Source: Carcharhinus longimanus | Lineage: Eukaryota | Assembly (NCBI GenBank): GCA_030264375.1 | Contig: JASCQW010000001.1 | Location: forward strand, 125,393,038-125,457,037 | Length of the DNA stretch: 64,000 bases | Reading direction: 5' to 3' | Shown here: positions 61,975 through 64,000 of the stretch, one piece after another | Layout of the letters: the number at the start of each line of letters is the position of its first letter | How positions within the stretch are numbered: the first letter of the stretch is position 1 | Made by a program: the position numbers and the translations under genes | Notes under the pieces: model-generated | What the model saw: only the letters and a program-made list of their open reading frames with translations | Database searches by the model: none | What the model was told of the DNA's origin: nothing

Positions 61975-62240
61975 TGTTCATTCGTGGAACATGGACGTCG
62001 CTGGCTGGCCAGTATTTATTGATTATCCCTGGTTGACCTTGGGAAGACGATGTTGAGCTGTTTTCTTGAATCACTGTGGTCCATGTTTTGAGGGTTGACC
62101 CATAATGCTGTTTGGGAGGAAATTCCAGGATTTTGACCCAGCGAGTGTGAAAAGTGATGATATATTTCCAAGTCAGGATGGTGAGTGGCTTGGAGAGCTA
62201 CCAGCAGGTAGCGGTTGCTGTACCGGCATACCAGTCTTTT
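61975..62240 (-). mobile_element. 3' end of the same LINE family as 31590-33022
   Basis: Reverse complement of 32780-33020 (gctgtttgggaggaaattccaggattttgacccagc). Confidence 0.7.
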
Positions 62241-62244
62241 CTTA

Positions 62245-62610
62245 TTCATCCACTGAGGCAACCAGATCCCTCTGTACCTCAGAAGTCTGCAATTTTTCAT
62301 CTTTTAGATAATATACTTTCTTTCCTGCCAAAATAGACAATTTCACATTTTCTAACATTATACTCCATTTGCCAGATCTTTGCTCACTTTCCATAACCTA
62401 GCTATATTTTCTTGAAGACTCCTTATGCCCTCTTTACAACTTTATTGTCCATGTTTTTATCATCAACAAATTTGGTAACCATTTCTTCAATCACTTTAGC
62501 CAAGTAATTTATATTGTAAGCAGTTGAGGTCCCAGCACTGTGGATCATTACGTTTTGCTAACCTGAAAAAAACCCATTTGCGCCCACCATTTGCTTCCTC
62601 TTAGCTAGCT
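62245..62610 (-). mobile_element. Decayed CR1 RT fragment
   Basis: ccaaaatagacaatttcacattttctaacattatactccatttgccaga is the reverse of WQMEYNVxKCEIV. Confidence 0.7.
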
Positions 62611-62619
62611 AATTTTCAA

Positions 62620-62716
62620 TGGTGGCTCAGTGGTATTGTCACTGGACTAGTAATCCAGAGACCTAGGGCAAGATCTGAAGATACAGGTTCAAATCCCATC
62701 ATGGCAGATGGTGGAG
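62620..62716 (+). mobile_element. tRNA-derived SINE head (non-HE1 family)
   Basis: A box tggctcagtgg and B box ggttcaaatcc with extended spacing; interrupted by the HE1 tail. Confidence 0.65.
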
Positions 62717-62878
62717 TCATAGAATAGAATCATAGAAACCCCACAGTGCAGAAAGAGGCCATTGGGCCCATCGAGTCTGCACCGACCACAGTCCCATCCA
62801 GGCCCTACCCCCATACCCCTACATATTCTTCCACTAATCCCTCTAACCTATGCATCTCAGGACCATTAGGGACAATTT
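62717..62878 (-). mobile_element. HE1-type SINE tail (remainder in gap)
   Basis: catagaatagaatcatagaaaccccacagtgcagaaagaggcc; same family as 58025-58292. Confidence 0.85.
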
Positions 62879-63199
62879 NNNNNNNNNNNNNNNNNNNNNN
62901 NNNNNNNNNNNNNNNNNNNNNNNNNNNNNNNNNNNNNNNNNNNNNNNNNNNNNNNNNNNNNNNNNNNNNNNNNNNNNNNNNNNNNNNNNNNNNNNNNNNN
63001 NNNNNNNNNNNNNNNNNNNNNNNNNNNNNNNNNNNNNNNNNNNNNNNNNNNNNNNNNNNNNNNNNNNNNNNNNNNNNNNNNNNNNNNNNNNNNNNNNNNN
63101 NNNNNNNNNNNNNNNNNNNNNNNNNNNNNNNNNNNNNNNNNNNNNNNNNNNNNNNNNNNNNNNNNNNNNNNNNNNNNNNNNNNNNNNNNNNNNNNNNNN

Positions 63200-63672
63200 A
63201 GAGGTTGCTGTGGCAGGGTTGTGTGGTGTTGTGGTCACTGTTCTTCTGAAGGCTGGGCAGTTTGCTGCGGGCAATGGTCAGCTTGAGGTTGTGCGGTTGT
63301 TTGAAGGCAAGATGTGGGGATGGCCTTGGCGAGATGTTCGTCTTCATCAATGACGTGTTGAAGGCTCCAGAGAAGATGTCGTAGCCTCTACTCTCCGGGG
63401 AAGTACTAGACTACGAAGCTACTCTGTCCACCTGTCCCGTGTTTGTCTTCTGAGGAGGTTGTAGGCCAGTACCTTTTAAGATTTGATTAGCTCAAAAGAC
63501 TCACATTCCAATCATTATTTAAGTAAATTGAGTTTATCTCTTTATATTGCCCTGTTTGTGATCAGAACTCCCACCCACCTGACGAAGGAACAGCCAGTTC
63601 TGAAAGCTAGTGGCATTTGCTACAAATAAATCTGTTGGATTTAATAAACAAATAAACTTGGTGTTGTGAGGC
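63200..63672 (-). mobile_element. Penelope-like element: ORF fragment (minus strand) plus inverted pseudo-LTR (plus strand)
   Basis: Minus-strand peptides YFPG...LRHLLWSLQHVIDEDEHLAKAIPT and LAFKQPHNLKLTIARSKLP...TQPCHSNL (PLE RT-to-GIY-YIG linker). 63500-63672 is a terminal repeat in opposite orientation carrying a hammerhead core. Confidence 0.8.
63575..63613 (+). ncRNA. Minimal type I hammerhead ribozyme (PLE-associated)
   Basis: CCAC-CTGACGA-A-GGAAC-agcca-GTTCT-GAAA-GCTA-GTGG: core CUGANGA and GAAA, stem I CCAC/GTGG, stem II GGAAC/GTTCT, palindromic minimal stem III. Confidence 0.7.
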
Positions 63673-64000
63673 TTGAAAGTATGCCAGAACTGAAGGCTTT
63701 GTCACATTTACAAAGCTCTTGGATATGGACCTGGAAATGCCATAATCTTCAGGACTATGGCTCAAGAGTTGGAAAGTAGATCTCTCATTTTCTGTTGCAG
63801 GGATGCATTGGGGTTAATTCCTCTATGTGCTGTAAACTTCTATGATTCTACAAATCCTAACTGGGCAGGAATTGGCCCCAGCATTTTATGTCAAGGAATG
63901 GAAATATAATCAACCAGGATTTCCACTATTGAGCAGTTAGAAATTGTGTTTATTTGTATGTGTCAGGTGAAATAAGAATTATACTCAGCCATCTTGACAC

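Overview
Eukaryotic, repeat-rich, gapped (scaffold N runs) genomic DNA, almost certainly from a cartilaginous fish (shark). The basis is HE1-type tRNA/V-domain SINEs, HER1/CR1 LINEs with (ATAAGAAC)n/(ATTCTATG)n/(TTCTTTG)n tails and SacSINE1/DeuSINE-like copies, all recognised from memory rather than by database search. No protein-coding host exon could be identified with confidence. The window looks like a long intron or gene desert downstream of a GC/CpG-rich edge at 1-1500, with several TE-free blocks resembling conserved non-coding elements. All recognisable ORFs are decayed transposon fragments: CR1, L2, a second CR1/L2-group LINE, Tx1, a Rex1-like tail, Penelope-like elements (one carrying a minimal hammerhead ribozyme), a deleted Gypsy LTR element and MITEs. 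The Gypsy element carries a CR1 nested in its integrase and sits inside an unidentified element with 39-bp coding repeats. The most unusual signal is a ~200-450 bp minus-strand U2 snRNA mosaic at ~5887-6334. It has a perfect U2 5' stem-loop, the branch-point-pairing segment is replaced by an insert containing antisense U2 stem-loop IV, a stem IIa analogue follows, and it ends in AATAAA plus an A-rich tail. It is a candidate U2-derived SINE or U2-targeting retroelement derivative. TE boundaries are approximate (about +/-10-30 bp).
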